IMG/VR virus record: IMGVR_UViG_3300037225_000630
Strand: one strand, 5' to 3'
Length of the DNA stretch: 64,000 nucleotides
Source: an uncultured virus (IMG/VR IMGVR_UViG_3300037225_000630)
Taxonomy: Duplodnaviria > Heunggongvirae > Uroviricota > Caudoviricetes
Position numbers and translations under genes: made by a program. A model generated the notes under the pieces. The model made no database searches. It was given only the letters and a program-made list of their open reading frames with translations, and was not told the origin of the DNA. Below, piece after piece: positions 32,790-43,033 of this stretch. Numbering within the stretch: the stretch's first letter is position 1; each line of letters opens with the position of its first letter.

Positions 32790-34064
32790 TTATGCCTGTT
32801 CTTCTATATCGATAACCTCTTCTTCATGTGCCTTTGACTCCTTCAAGAGGAATGCTTCAGACTTCAGCTTGTAAGCCTCGATGTTCATACCCTCGATCCT
32901 GATAACGATACCCTCATCAGGGTTACCATCGCAATCTTCGGCCTTTTTTTCCAAATAATTAGCCTTCAATTCATTAATAAAATAGCTAACCCAATACTCA
33001 GGATTGGTAGGATTGGAGTATAGAGGGAAATCGGAAGCCTTGCCATAGTAGAATTCCTCTACCATAGGCACCTGAAGTTCTTCGCAGCGCTGTTTCATTG
33101 CTTGCCATGAATACTCATACACAGTACCATCAGTACCAGTAGCAGTAATCCTATAGACAGCAACTTTATACGTATTAGGTATACAACCATAACGATATCC
33201 CTTCTGGATAGCATTGCCAGAAGGGAGGAATCCCACTATCTCATAGTAGACAGTTTCACCAGCATGAAGTTTAGTTAGGAAATATTTTTTTCCAGCCTCA
33301 GTCCAGATATCTTCCTTGTAGAAGCCAGAAGTAGTAGCATCGTTCTTGACTACTGACCTGGATGCATAGAGATAATCGTACTCAGTATCCTGTATCTTTA
33401 TTCCTATACTCTTTGCTATTTTCTCCAGCAGGTTTAATTTCCTCTTTACTAGAGCATTAGCACAGATAGCTGAAGTTCCGTGTATTTTCCGACTGATACT
33501 GATTATCTGGTTAGGATTAAACTTATGTACATTTCGCAATAGTTGTGAAGTATCAATATGGAAATGAAACTGATCAGGGATTAGACGAGAAGTTTTCTTT
33601 ACTTTCCTTCCCTTCTTACCTTGAACCTGAATCTGCTTCTGTGGAGGCACATATTTGTGGCAGACATCAACACCATTAAGGGAAGTAAAACTATTCCCTT
33701 CCTCAAGATCAACATTGTAGGGCTTAAACTTGCCTACCCCTATTGCAAGCCCCAGTGAAATAGTATTTTTGAGTCTCACTACCTTTACCCGATTACCTTT
33801 GGATAAATAGCTCCCGATTGACTTAAACTCCTCCTTACCATAATCAGGAGATTGCTTATCTACTACCTTAATAAAATCTAAGTTTAATATCATATTGGAG
33901 TCAAAAAATACTACATTATTTTCTTCATAAAAATCATTTTTACCTACTACTACCTGCCCCTGCTCTATTCCCTCTAGGCTAAGTATAGCTTTGACAATGT
34001 TATCTGCTCCTACTATAGGTTCTATCCTACTAATTTTCATCACTACTGCTGTGTTATTCTGCAT
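32790..34064 (-). CDS. ATP-dependent RNA ligase (Rnl2/DRB0094-like)
   Basis: N-terminal IEPIVGADNI OB-like domain; motif I RKIHGTS; YYEIVG; DEGIVIR; YKLKS. Confidence 0.88.
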   Translation of the reverse strand: MQNNTAVVMKISRIEPIVGADNIVKAILSLEGIEQGQVVVGKNDFYEENNVVFFDSNMILNLDFIKVVDKQSPDYGKEEFKSIGSYLSKGNRVKVVRLKNTISLGLAIGVGKFKPYNVDLEEGNSFTSLNGVDVCHKYVPPQKQIQVQGKKGRKVKKTSRLIPDQFHFHIDTSQLLRNVHKFNPNQIISISRKIHGTSAICANALVKRKLNLLEKIAKSIGIKIQDTEYDYLYASRSVVKNDATTSGFYKEDIWTEAGKKYFLTKLHAGETVYYEIVGFLPSGNAIQKGYRYGCIPNTYKVAVYRITATGTDGTVYEYSWQAMKQRCEELQVPMVEEFYYGKASDFPLYSNPTNPEYWVSYFINELKANYLEKKAEDCDGNPDEGIVIRIEGMNIEAYKLKSEAFLLKESKAHEEEVIDIEEQA

Positions 34065-34995
34065 ATTTACTCCTTAAAAATAAAATTTTAGATTGGAAGA
34101 ATTCCCACCAATCTTTATCATTTCCTAAGAAATTATACTTAAAAAATTGATAATTGTCAATACCAATTTCTCGTAGAAGTGTTCTAATATTATGAATAGA
34201 AGCCTTCCCTACAGGGATATCTTTGTAAGAGACTCCCTTATTATTACTAAGATAATCTAGAACCTTTATTCTTATCTTTAGTGATTCTTTTTTGATATTG
34301 AACTGTCTTTTAAGGCTAACTTCTACTTTTTTATCCTTCATCACCTTAGCAGTTGTGATTCCATATATCTCTTCATATGTCTTTCCTCTACGAGCAACGC
34401 TCATTTTTTGCTTATCCTCATTAGTAAGATGATACCCATGATTCCCTCCATGGTGTATAGGGGGCTTATGCCCAATATTTTTTAAGGTTCTACTTATTTT
34501 AAGCTTGATAGCATCAGAACGATCCTTTCCATAAACTTCCTCAAAGGTCTTTCCTTTCAGATGTTTACCTAATTTTACCCTATTCTCAGGTAATTGATTA
34601 AAATGTTCTACCCCTAACTTTTGAGCAGATTTCTTTCTTTTCATAGCTTGTTTCTTATACAGTTCTTTTTTATTTTCTTCTGACCATCCTTCTAGCTTAT
34701 TACATTTCTCTCCACCACCAGTCATATTATAGCCAAAATCCCTATTAGTGGTGTTATATTGTTTTATCCAATACTGTTCCTTTTCACTACAATTCTCTTT
34801 ATTACACTCTTCCACTTGGTAAATAATAAAATTATCTATACCATATTTATTCATAGCATCATACAAAACTTGATTCTTTCTTCTAATCATGCATTTTTTA
34901 TGGGCACAAAATCTTTCTTCAATAGTTTTAGATGTTTGCCCTATATATTTTTTGTGGTTTATTATGTTCTCAATACAATAAATGAAATACGCCAT
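34054..34995 (-). CDS. GIY-YIG homing endonuclease
   Basis: FIYCIEN...YIGQT...GYN; repeated GKT(F/Y)EE(V/I)YG modules. Confidence 0.9.
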   Translation of the reverse strand: MAYFIYCIENIINHKKYIGQTSKTIEERFCAHKKCMIRRKNQVLYDAMNKYGIDNFIIYQVEECNKENCSEKEQYWIKQYNTTNRDFGYNMTGGGEKCNKLEGWSEENKKELYKKQAMKRKKSAQKLGVEHFNQLPENRVKLGKHLKGKTFEEVYGKDRSDAIKLKISRTLKNIGHKPPIHHGGNHGYHLTNEDKQKMSVARRGKTYEEIYGITTAKVMKDKKVEVSLKRQFNIKKESLKIRIKVLDYLSNNKGVSYKDIPVGKASIHNIRTLLREIGIDNYQFFKYNFLGNDKDWWEFFQSKILFLRSKYAE

Positions 34996-35294
34996 GTATA
35001 GTTAGTGAGACTATCCGCCAAAGGTTGATAACTCTTATCCTTAATAGGCTGGATATTATCAAGATAAACTATCATTTGCTCTCTACTCATTTATTTCTCC
35101 TTATATTGAACGTTTTAATGTTCCACTCAACCCCAATATCTTAACATGTCCATCCTTTAATGTCAATATCACTTCATCATTCTGGATTAATCCTGATACT
35201 ACATTATCATAAAAATAAGTATTATAATGAGCACCATGAGTATCATATCGATGGGCTTTACCATTCTGGATTTTAATTACATAGTTTTTGTCCA

Positions 35295-35819
35295 TTATTT
35301 ATACTCCCTTAGCAAATCATCTAATTTTACTTCAGAGTTTTCCTCCATTCCTACCTTTCTAAGGAAAGCAACAGCCCCACCTTCCTCAGATTTGTATATA
35401 TCCATTTCATCATTAGAATCCAATCCAATGATAATCAATTTAGCATTATATTCCATAAGCTTATTTTTAAGAGCAAAATCTTCAATAAAATCTCGTATGG
35501 TTCTTTCTCTAAGCTTAATTTTATCACATTGAATAGACCAAAAATTTTGTGGAGTAATATAATGACGAACCCTAATCCAACCTTGTTTACATGCAATGAA
35601 AATTAACTGTTCTCTCGTTATTTTATCATGCTCTAGAGTTTCATTATTAGCTTTAAACATATTAAGAATTTCTTTGGTAGTAGTATCAAAATAATCAGGG
35701 TGCTCCATCATAAAATCAACATGGTGACTTCCTGTTACTCCCCATACTTTGGTACCACGAGCCCAATATCCTTGCTCATTCTCCATCTCAACTAATTTTC
35801 TTTCACTCATATATTCCAT
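35295..35819 (-). CDS. hypothetical protein, paralog family GYW...GWIRVRHY
   Basis: GSHHVDFMMEHPDYF, GWIRVRHY, WSIQCD as in 9473..10639. Confidence 0.75.
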   Translation of the reverse strand: MEYMSERKLVEMENEQGYWARGTKVWGVTGSHHVDFMMEHPDYFDTTTKEILNMFKANNETLEHDKITREQLIFIACKQGWIRVRHYITPQNFWSIQCDKIKLRERTIRDFIEDFALKNKLMEYNAKLIIIGLDSNDEMDIYKSEEGGAVAFLRKVGMEENSEVKLDDLLREYK

Positions 35820-35885
35820 TAGACTCCCCCTTCTAATGAGTTCTTCATAATAGGAATATACTATGTAATATAATAAATGTCAATA

Positions 35886-36647
35886 CTAAAAGGAAGATAA
35901 ATCGTATAATACTTTTACTTCAAATCCAGACTGTATAGTACCAGGGAGACTCACCATGCCCTGACTATTGTTCATAATATCTTGAATTTTTGTTGAATCC
36001 TTTTGGATTTCTTTCATTATTTCCATATAATTAAAATGAATAGTATTTACTTTTATTAAAACATGATATCCACCATGAGTTTCAATGACAAAGAATTGAA
36101 CATTTTTCTCTCTCAATACATTAAGGATAACTTGTAGTGATTTTATATCTTTAGCCCCATCAAAAAAATCAATATCTAAATCAATATAATGTTTAGTCCC
36201 CCTACTATGATGCATAGCAGTCATTAGATTATGTTGAACTCTTTTAAAGTAATCTGGTGATGATCCTCTGCCCAATGCTAATGCCATCATATTTTTTGTT
36301 GAATCCATGATGAACTCTTCATAGGCTTTAATAACATCGCAGGGGTTGAAATTCATATACACTATCATAGCATCATTAGGATACGGTTCTCCCTCTAATG
36401 ATATATAAGCGCCATCATTGCATTCATAACGTCTAATGGTTCTTAAAAATAGATTCCAGTCTTTCTTTTCTATTAGTTTCCGTTCAAACATCTCTGAAGA
36501 ACCATCAAGGATATCTCTCATATCCTCGGGTAAGTACTTTTTACGGGCTGAAAGAGATATAAAGTAAACTTCATTATCATTCAGTGGAGGCAATATTATA
36601 TCATAAAACGTATGTAATTCCTCTTCAGAATAAATGAATTTATACAT
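35886..36647 (-). CDS. hypothetical protein, possible AEP primase-like fold
   Basis: IDLDID and ETHGGYHV motifs. Confidence 0.45.
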   Translation of the reverse strand: MYKFIYSEEELHTFYDIILPPLNDNEVYFISLSARKKYLPEDMRDILDGSSEMFERKLIEKKDWNLFLRTIRRYECNDGAYISLEGEPYPNDAMIVYMNFNPCDVIKAYEEFIMDSTKNMMALALGRGSSPDYFKRVQHNLMTAMHHSRGTKHYIDLDIDFFDGAKDIKSLQVILNVLREKNVQFFVIETHGGYHVLIKVNTIHFNYMEIMKEIQKDSTKIQDIMNNSQGMVSLPGTIQSGFEVKVLYDLSSF

Positions 36648-36649
36648 AC

Positions 36650-36937
36650 TTACTCTCCTATTTTATCAGCAACAAACTCTTGGATAAAAGCAATAATACC
36701 ATCAACTTCTTGAACCTCTTCTGGGTTTTGAATTGAATTAACCCATTGCTTATATGCTTTTCTAATATGTAAAGGTTTCACTTCCAACTTTTCTGCTGTG
36801 TTCTTTATCATTTCTTTTTTAGAATTATTATAAACTTTTATAGACTCTTTCAATGCTTCTACTTCTTCATCAGAAGTATAAATACCTCTGAATAAATTCA
36901 CTACCTCTGTCTGCATCTGTTCATCTAACTGTTTCAT
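36650..36937 (-). CDS. small helical protein, possibly a T4 DsbA/GapR-like DNA-binding protein
   Basis: Coiled-coil, size and KPLHIRKAYK pattern; weak similarity only. Confidence 0.4.
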   Translation of the reverse strand: MKQLDEQMQTEVVNLFRGIYTSDEEVEALKESIKVYNNSKKEMIKNTAEKLEVKPLHIRKAYKQWVNSIQNPEEVQEVDGIIAFIQEFVADKIGE

Positions 36938-37653
36938 AATACTCCTTATTTGTGTTTATTGAAAATTCTCAAAGCATAGTCTGCACGATTATCTGGTGCT
37001 GGTGCTAATATGTATGCTTGATGAGCCTCAAGTATAATTTTAGTATCATACTTATTAAAATCAATCCCAGCAGTACTCATAGCTAATACAAAACTTTCTG
37101 TATATGTTTCATTCTTCAATTTTAGGCTCCTCATAGAGTGGTGCAAACTTACCATTCGTCATGGTACCTACCACATCCATATTCACAACATAACTCTCAT
37201 ATTCTTGAAAGTCAAGTACTACCATATCTTTTGCTATTCTGGCAGACTTTACTGTCAATTCCTGTTGTTGTACTCCCCCTGTGAGTAAGGGCATATAATA
37301 GATGACTTTTTTACCTATGAAGCTCTGGGCTATCTTGAATTTAGTTTCTAGCATTATGCTCCCTTATATGCTGCATTTCTTATGTTCAAAACAGTATGAA
37401 TAAACTTAGTGTGTACTTTGCTATATGAAAACCATTCACTATTATTATAAATATCATAAATATTAATATCTATATAGTCTCTATAGAATCCCTTTCTTAT
37501 TCTATAAGGAGTAATATCTAGCTCATCTTTTATCATATTCCATCCTTAATAAAAATGGGGGCAGAATAAATGTAAGGTATTAAACCCTGATTTTACCTTT
37601 TCTGCCCCCGCAGCCATTAATCCTATGAATGCCATTCAAGGCAGGATTAGCTA

Positions 37654-38082
37654 TCAATAAGGTTTATCAGGGTTCACCTTCTTTACCTTATTTAGTATGT
37701 CCCAGAAAGACTGGGGTAAGTATACGTTCTCAAGTATAGCTGCTTTCTCAAAGAGGGTAGCAATCTTATCAGGCTTGTAATGTGCTCGTCCACACCCTAT
37801 CTCAGTGACAAGAAATGTCTTGTCAGGAGTATCTTTGGCATACTGTGTAAACTGCTCCACATATCCTTGTATTATCTCAATAGAAAGTGTTTCAATATAC
37901 CTATCCCTCGTTGGAATCCCATAGGATTGCCCTTGGATGCCTATTCCTTGCCCCTGAATGGCTCCAAAGTGCTCCTTGGCATATAAAGCAGCCCCTGCAC
38001 CATGGGAGCCCCTTTCGTTAGAACCAAAGACAAATATTTCATTGAATTGGAGTTCTTTTATGTTATCAGATGCTATTCTCAT
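37654..38082 (-). CDS. macrodomain-like protein (A1S_2505-like)
   Basis: IFVFGSNERGSHGAGAA, GQSYGIPT, VTEIGCG. Confidence 0.8.
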   Translation of the reverse strand: MRIASDNIKELQFNEIFVFGSNERGSHGAGAALYAKEHFGAIQGQGIGIQGQSYGIPTRDRYIETLSIEIIQGYVEQFTQYAKDTPDKTFLVTEIGCGRAHYKPDKIATLFEKAAILENVYLPQSFWDILNKVKKVNPDKPY

Positions 38083-38083
38083 A

Positions 38084-38518
38084 CTATCCTCCTAGATACG
38101 GTTGAATTGCCCTATACAATCTAGGTATAGTATACTCTTTAACTTTAATAATGTCAACCCATTCAAATTTATCAATTTCAGGAAAAGGCTCAAAATATCC
38201 ATAATTACTAAAATCACGTTGAGGATCATATTCTACCATAGAATCACAATGTAAATTTGTATACTGTTCTGGAGCTTCATATTTGAACAGATAGAGGATT
38301 TTATGGGGGCCATAGTCTCGAAAGCCTATTTCTTTAATAGCATCTTTATTTTCTATTTTTAACGAGGTTTCTTCATACAGTTCTCGTTCTGCTGCTTCAA
38401 GAAAGTTCTCACCTTCGTCTTTTAGTCCTTTAGGGATATCCCCGTGATTCTGGTGTGTTACCCTCCCAAGAAGGAGAGTATTTTTACAGGTGAGAATAAA
38501 GCCACAACTAATGCTCAT
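38084..38518 (-). CDS. Nudix hydrolase
   Basis: Nudix box PKGLKDEGENFLEAAERELYEETSL. Confidence 0.9.
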   Translation of the reverse strand: MSISCGFILTCKNTLLLGRVTHQNHGDIPKGLKDEGENFLEAAERELYEETSLKIENKDAIKEIGFRDYGPHKILYLFKYEAPEQYTNLHCDSMVEYDPQRDFSNYGYFEPFPEIDKFEWVDIIKVKEYTIPRLYRAIQPYLGG

Positions 38519-38524
38519 TCTAAA

Positions 38525-39559
38525 TTAGTCCAACTCAAAAGGATTTTTTTGGTTTGCTAATAGCAGATTAGATATAATTCTATAAGCTAAAGCAAAATCA
38601 ATTCTTTTTCTAGCATAGGACACAGTAGAATTTCTAAAATTAGTTAAAAATAGGCTATGATACCTTTCCCTATATCTTTCTAAAGTTTTATTAAATTTCC
38701 ATATTATATTTAATTCTTCTAAGTAAGTTAGCCTTTTAGAAAACACTAAAGTAGCAAATCCTCTATCTGTACTTTTACCATAAAAATGATCAGGCTCATA
38801 CTCTAGTCTAATCCTACCTTTAGTAGACCCAGAGTCTATAGCATATAACTTGATATTGCTAATATACCCAGAGGATTCCTTATCTTTTAATAGTCTACTT
38901 ATCTTTACCCCACTCTTAGGTAGATTATATATTTCATTACCTATAGTATAACTATTCTCCTCTAAAATCTGTATATTTTTATTCTCCAATGAGGGAAAAA
39001 AAGTAAAAGAAACAGAAGAAGGTAACTCTGCAAAAGACTTTTCTACAAAGGAAAATGAACATATAGTATAGGTTGTATCCGAAAATATTTGTTCTTCAAA
39101 AACATTTACTTTTATTACTCTGTAATTGTTTAAGAATTGATTTCTTACTGAACCATCTCTACAAGAAAAGAAGTTAAGAGGAACTACTAAAACCCCTCCT
39201 TTACACCCAATAATAGTTTTTATTGATATTTTATATAAATCGTCTAATTGATACTTATTAAAAAGCATTTTATTTTTAGTTTTATTCTTGGCTAAATATG
39301 GTGGATTTGTTAATATCCACTTGTTTTTGTAATTAGGAGGATTTAATAAAGTATCTTGTCTTATTGTAGTACCTCTTTTAGGATCAATATCATATTCTTC
39401 AATTACAGAGAAGGGAAGGAGACGTATTAAATCCCCTTCCCCTGCAAAAGGGTCTACAATAGTAGCAGTACTGGGAAAAATAGATAATAGATTTCCTACA
39501 ATGTACTCTGCATTTTTTGTATAGAATTGACCTAATTCTTTTTTTTCAGTACTGCTCAT
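38525..39559 (-). CDS. amino-DNA methyltransferase
   Basis: LGQFYT, DPFAGEG, TNPPY. Confidence 0.9.
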   Translation of the reverse strand: MSSTEKKELGQFYTKNAEYIVGNLLSIFPSTATIVDPFAGEGDLIRLLPFSVIEEYDIDPKRGTTIRQDTLLNPPNYKNKWILTNPPYLAKNKTKNKMLFNKYQLDDLYKISIKTIIGCKGGVLVVPLNFFSCRDGSVRNQFLNNYRVIKVNVFEEQIFSDTTYTICSFSFVEKSFAELPSSVSFTFFPSLENKNIQILEENSYTIGNEIYNLPKSGVKISRLLKDKESSGYISNIKLYAIDSGSTKGRIRLEYEPDHFYGKSTDRGFATLVFSKRLTYLEELNIIWKFNKTLERYRERYHSLFLTNFRNSTVSYARKRIDFALAYRIISNLLLANQKNPFELD

Positions 39560-39562
39560 AAC

Positions 39563-40318
39563 TTATGCTAGTTTTTCAATAAAAGTGGAAAGATCATTGA
39601 TTGATAATGCCACTACCCGTGTAGTACCAAAATTCCTGTTAAGAAACTCTATTCTTTCTTTAGTATAGTACTCCCCATCTACCAAAGCAAGAAAATACAT
39701 TGAAGGTGACTTATTGAGTTTAGCATACATCATAAAATTTGCCATTTCTATTTCATAGTCCTTCTGTGCTCCTCCTACTTCTTTAGTAAACTTTTGAGAA
39801 GAAATTACTGTAGTATTTCCTACCTGAAAGCCAAAATCAAGGGCTTTAGTAATGTTGTTTTCAGATTTATCTTCCTTGAAAACAATCTCCCCCTCTTCTA
39901 TATAGAGAGCATCAGAACCAAGATCAGGAAGTTTAAAGGAAGGATAATCATAAAGAGGAATCATATTATATTTTTTACTGAGTTTATTAATCCACTTTTC
40001 TGCTTCTTTTTCATGAGGCTTCTGTCGGGTTGGATTAACTGCCAATGCTATTGCTAGATGTATATTATTAGCTGCTTCTGCCCTAAGAGTCTCTACAGTA
40101 GAGTTCTCTGGTAAGGAATTCTTATTCCTATCTAGATACTGTGATATCTTTTTTGTTGATTCCTCAGAATCTAGCTCCTCTTTAAATGTCTGAACATTTA
40201 GTGCTCTTTGTTCTCTAACCTGTTTGTTGACTACACTTGTAAAATCTTTCATTTCTTCCTCCAGTAAATCTGTCATAAAACTTCCTATAACCTCAACGAG
40301 GTTTAATACAATATACAT
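39563..40318 (-). CDS. putative restriction endonuclease
   Basis: KALDF...SQKFTKEVGGAQ...LVDG nuclease-like pattern; 3 nt upstream of the methyltransferase. Confidence 0.55.
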   Translation of the reverse strand: MYIVLNLVEVIGSFMTDLLEEEMKDFTSVVNKQVREQRALNVQTFKEELDSEESTKKISQYLDRNKNSLPENSTVETLRAEAANNIHLAIALAVNPTRQKPHEKEAEKWINKLSKKYNMIPLYDYPSFKLPDLGSDALYIEEGEIVFKEDKSENNITKALDFGFQVGNTTVISSQKFTKEVGGAQKDYEIEMANFMMYAKLNKSPSMYFLALVDGEYYTKERIEFLNRNFGTTRVVALSINDLSTFIEKLA

Positions 40319-40565
40319 CTATATTGTAAACAAAGTCAAGCTCCTGTTTTTATTTTTATCATCTGTCCCACAGGCTGCTCTGGATACTCATCCTTGCACA
40401 CTGTAAATACTCCTTCTACAGCCATTATATTATATCTCACATCTTTATGTGAAACAATAATACCATCAGCCTTAAAATGGTTGAGAAAGGTAGCCACACA
40501 TGATGCTAAAATATAAATAGCATCATTAGGATTCAAGTCTACTTTTTCCATATAACTCCTAAATT

Positions 40566-40650
40566 CGGAAGTAGGAGGTCTCGATCCCCATACCTTTTCA
40601 GGCACAATCGCATTTCAAGTGCGTTCCAGAACCCCACTGGTTCGACTTCC
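40566..40650 (-). tRNA. tRNA-Ser(UGA)
   Basis: GGAAGT acceptor, loop CTTGAAA, long variable arm, G73. Confidence 0.85.
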
Positions 40651-40690
40651 CTGTAACGAAACATAAGAGATTCATCCATACTAATTTAGT

Positions 40691-41311
40691 ATGCTGAAAT
40701 ACCGTTGTTCCGTTTGTTCACAATCCTTTGAAACTTCTCAGAAACTGGCTAGTCACGTAGTATGTACACACAAACCACATCGACTTCTATCAAAAGTAAT
40801 TCAACAAAGTAATATTGAGAAATATTTACAGAATCCTTTTTACTGTAAAAACTGTAATCAGTTAATTTCATATTCTCAGTATAAACAAGCAAAACATTTC
40901 CCCTCTTTTTGCTCTCATTCCTGTTCAGCCTCCTTTAGTAATAAGCACAAAACAAAAGGAACCCGCATATCTAAAGTAGAAAAGTATCTTCAAAATTCCC
41001 TTCTCTCATTATATCCCACTACTATTTTTCTTTTTAATAATAAACAAACCATAGGTTCAGAATTAGATATTTATCTTCCTCAATATTCCCTTGCATTTGA
41101 ACTTAATGGCATATTCCATTACGAACCTATTTTTGGAAAAGAAAAACTATCCTCAATACAAAGCAATGATAATAATAAATTTAAAGAGTGCCAAATAAAT
41201 AATATCTCTCTTTGCATTATAGATGTTTCTTCTCAACGCCATTTTACCAAAGAATCCTCCTTAAAGTATTTATCTATTATTAAATCCATAATAGATAGTA
41301 GGCTTCGATAA
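40691..41311 (+). CDS. zinc-finger + PD-(D/E)xK putative homing endonuclease
   Basis: C2H2 finger, CKNC, FCSHSC, ELDIYLP...AFELNGIFHY; opposite strand next to a tRNA. Confidence 0.8.
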   Translation: MLKYRCSVCSQSFETSQKLASHVVCTHKPHRLLSKVIQQSNIEKYLQNPFYCKNCNQLISYSQYKQAKHFPSFCSHSCSASFSNKHKTKGTRISKVEKYLQNSLLSLYPTTIFLFNNKQTIGSELDIYLPQYSLAFELNGIFHYEPIFGKEKLSSIQSNDNNKFKECQINNISLCIIDVSSQRHFTKESSLKYLSIIKSIIDSRLR

Positions 41312-41498
41312 CTTTACTTCTTCAATATACTCTTTAGTTCCTTCATTGTAGCTACTACAAATAAGAATACAGGAACTAATAATATTAATCCACTAAAACG
41401 AACAATAAGACTATCAAAATCCATTAACTGTGGTATTACAAATAAAATAAGAATAAGTATTACCACCAGATATTCAAATACTCTCAAAATAGATTCTC

Positions 41499-42062
41499 TC
41501 ATTTCATTTCCTTTTCAATCTTTTGTAAAATCCCTGGAACTACATTCCAGTTTGAAAATCTATAATCAGGATTACAATTCTTATTGTAAGGCTGATCATG
41601 GCATATAGTATACATAACTGAATTACATTTGTCAATAGTCTCTGGCTTATCTTCAATAATAACATCCCCAGGGATTTCCCATTTTTTCTTACAGAGTATA
41701 ATCTGATGAGAATCAATGAAATTAAAATACTTTTTCATCCATTTTATTTTATCTATTTTATATTTATCATCCTCGCTCCAAGGAGCAGTAGCGATGAATA
41801 TATTATATTTTTTATTCAATTCTTTCATTACAGGAATAGCAGTTTTATCAGGAGGAATTGTAGCCCAAAAATTCATATTAACACAAATATTATCCATTAT
41901 TTTTTTACCTTTTTCAGGGGCTATAATGAACTTATCTATTTCCCAATCGCCATTATGGGTATATTCATACTCATCAAAATCATAGCCTAAATTTTTTACC
42001 CAGGCAATGAAATGATCATTCCAGAGATTAAGAACTCCATCCATATCCACCAGTATTCTCAT
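41499..42062 (-). CDS. 5'(3')-deoxyribonucleotidase (HAD family)
   Basis: MRILVDMDGVL, ATAP, IIEDKP, PYN; start corrected to exclude tRNA-Cys. Confidence 0.9.
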   Translation of the reverse strand: MRILVDMDGVLNLWNDHFIAWVKNLGYDFDEYEYTHNGDWEIDKFIIAPEKGKKIMDNICVNMNFWATIPPDKTAIPVMKELNKKYNIFIATAPWSEDDKYKIDKIKWMKKYFNFIDSHQIILCKKKWEIPGDVIIEDKPETIDKCNSVMYTICHDQPYNKNCNPDYRFSNWNVVPGILQKIEKEMK

Positions 42063-42074
42063 TATCCTTCCTTT

Positions 42075-42158
42075 AGGTCCCAGAGGGATTTGAACCCCCG
42101 ATCCTTTCGGAACCCTCCGATTTGCAGTCGGGGGCCTTTCCAACTTGGCTATGGAACC
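42075..42158 (-). tRNA. tRNA-Cys(GCA) with long variable arm
   Basis: GGTTCCA/TGGGACC acceptor, U73, loop CTGCAAA, 16-nt variable region. Confidence 0.85.
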
Positions 42159-42778
42159 ATTTATTTAGTCAAAAATTGATAGTCCTTTATGTTTCATTTC
42201 ACCAAAGGGAGCATCGGTGATATATTCCATTAACTCCTCATCATCATAGATAATAATATCTCCAATCATAAAACGAGAAACACTACCAAAATATATGAAA
42301 GGAACTTTATCTTTTGTACCTATAAAAATAGGATGAATCCACATATGCTCATCATCTTCTCCTAAATAGAGAGCATAGTTTTTATTTTCTTTAGGGGCTT
42401 TGAGAGAATAAAACTCTTGAGCAGCAGTTCTGATAAAATACTGAATTAATTCTACTTTCATAATCTAAGCTCTCCTTCTATAGGCGTAATAGGAATAGTA
42501 GCATCTACTAACTCATACTGGGATATATCAATAAATTGTAGTTGTTCTAATTTTTCTTCAGCTTCCTTTACTTCCAATTTAGCTTTATTTAAAGCATAAT
42601 CATAGAGTATCTTTACTGCTTCCTTTAGTTGTAATTCTTCACAACTGATTCTATAGCGGGAGCACCACTCTCTTGGAATCATCATATCTGCCTTTTCTAT
42701 CCTTCGTCCTTTAATGGCATAGATTTTTCCTACATCAGAATAAATTTCGATTTCATAGATAATCATATTCACTCCTTA

Positions 42779-42863
42779 CGGAAGGTGCAGGTAACGATCC
42801 TGCTCTAGTTTAACCTAGCTCTCAGTTTAGCAAACTGGGCCGATTCCTATCCGGCAACCTTCC
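42779..42863 (-). tRNA. tRNA-Ser(GCU)
   Basis: GGAAGGT/ACCTTCC acceptor, loop TTGCTAA, long variable arm, G73. Confidence 0.88.
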
Positions 42864-43033
42864 TTAATTTTTTTAGTGTATTACCACCCCCACATTTTTT
42901 AGTATTCTTATACTCACAATGTGCACATGCTGAAAGTCCTTCGAATTGAATTCCCCAGCAGTCAGAAGTTAATGTGCTTTGATCTATAACTTTTACATTA
43001 AGCCCTTCTTTAGCTAAATTTCCATACATCATA

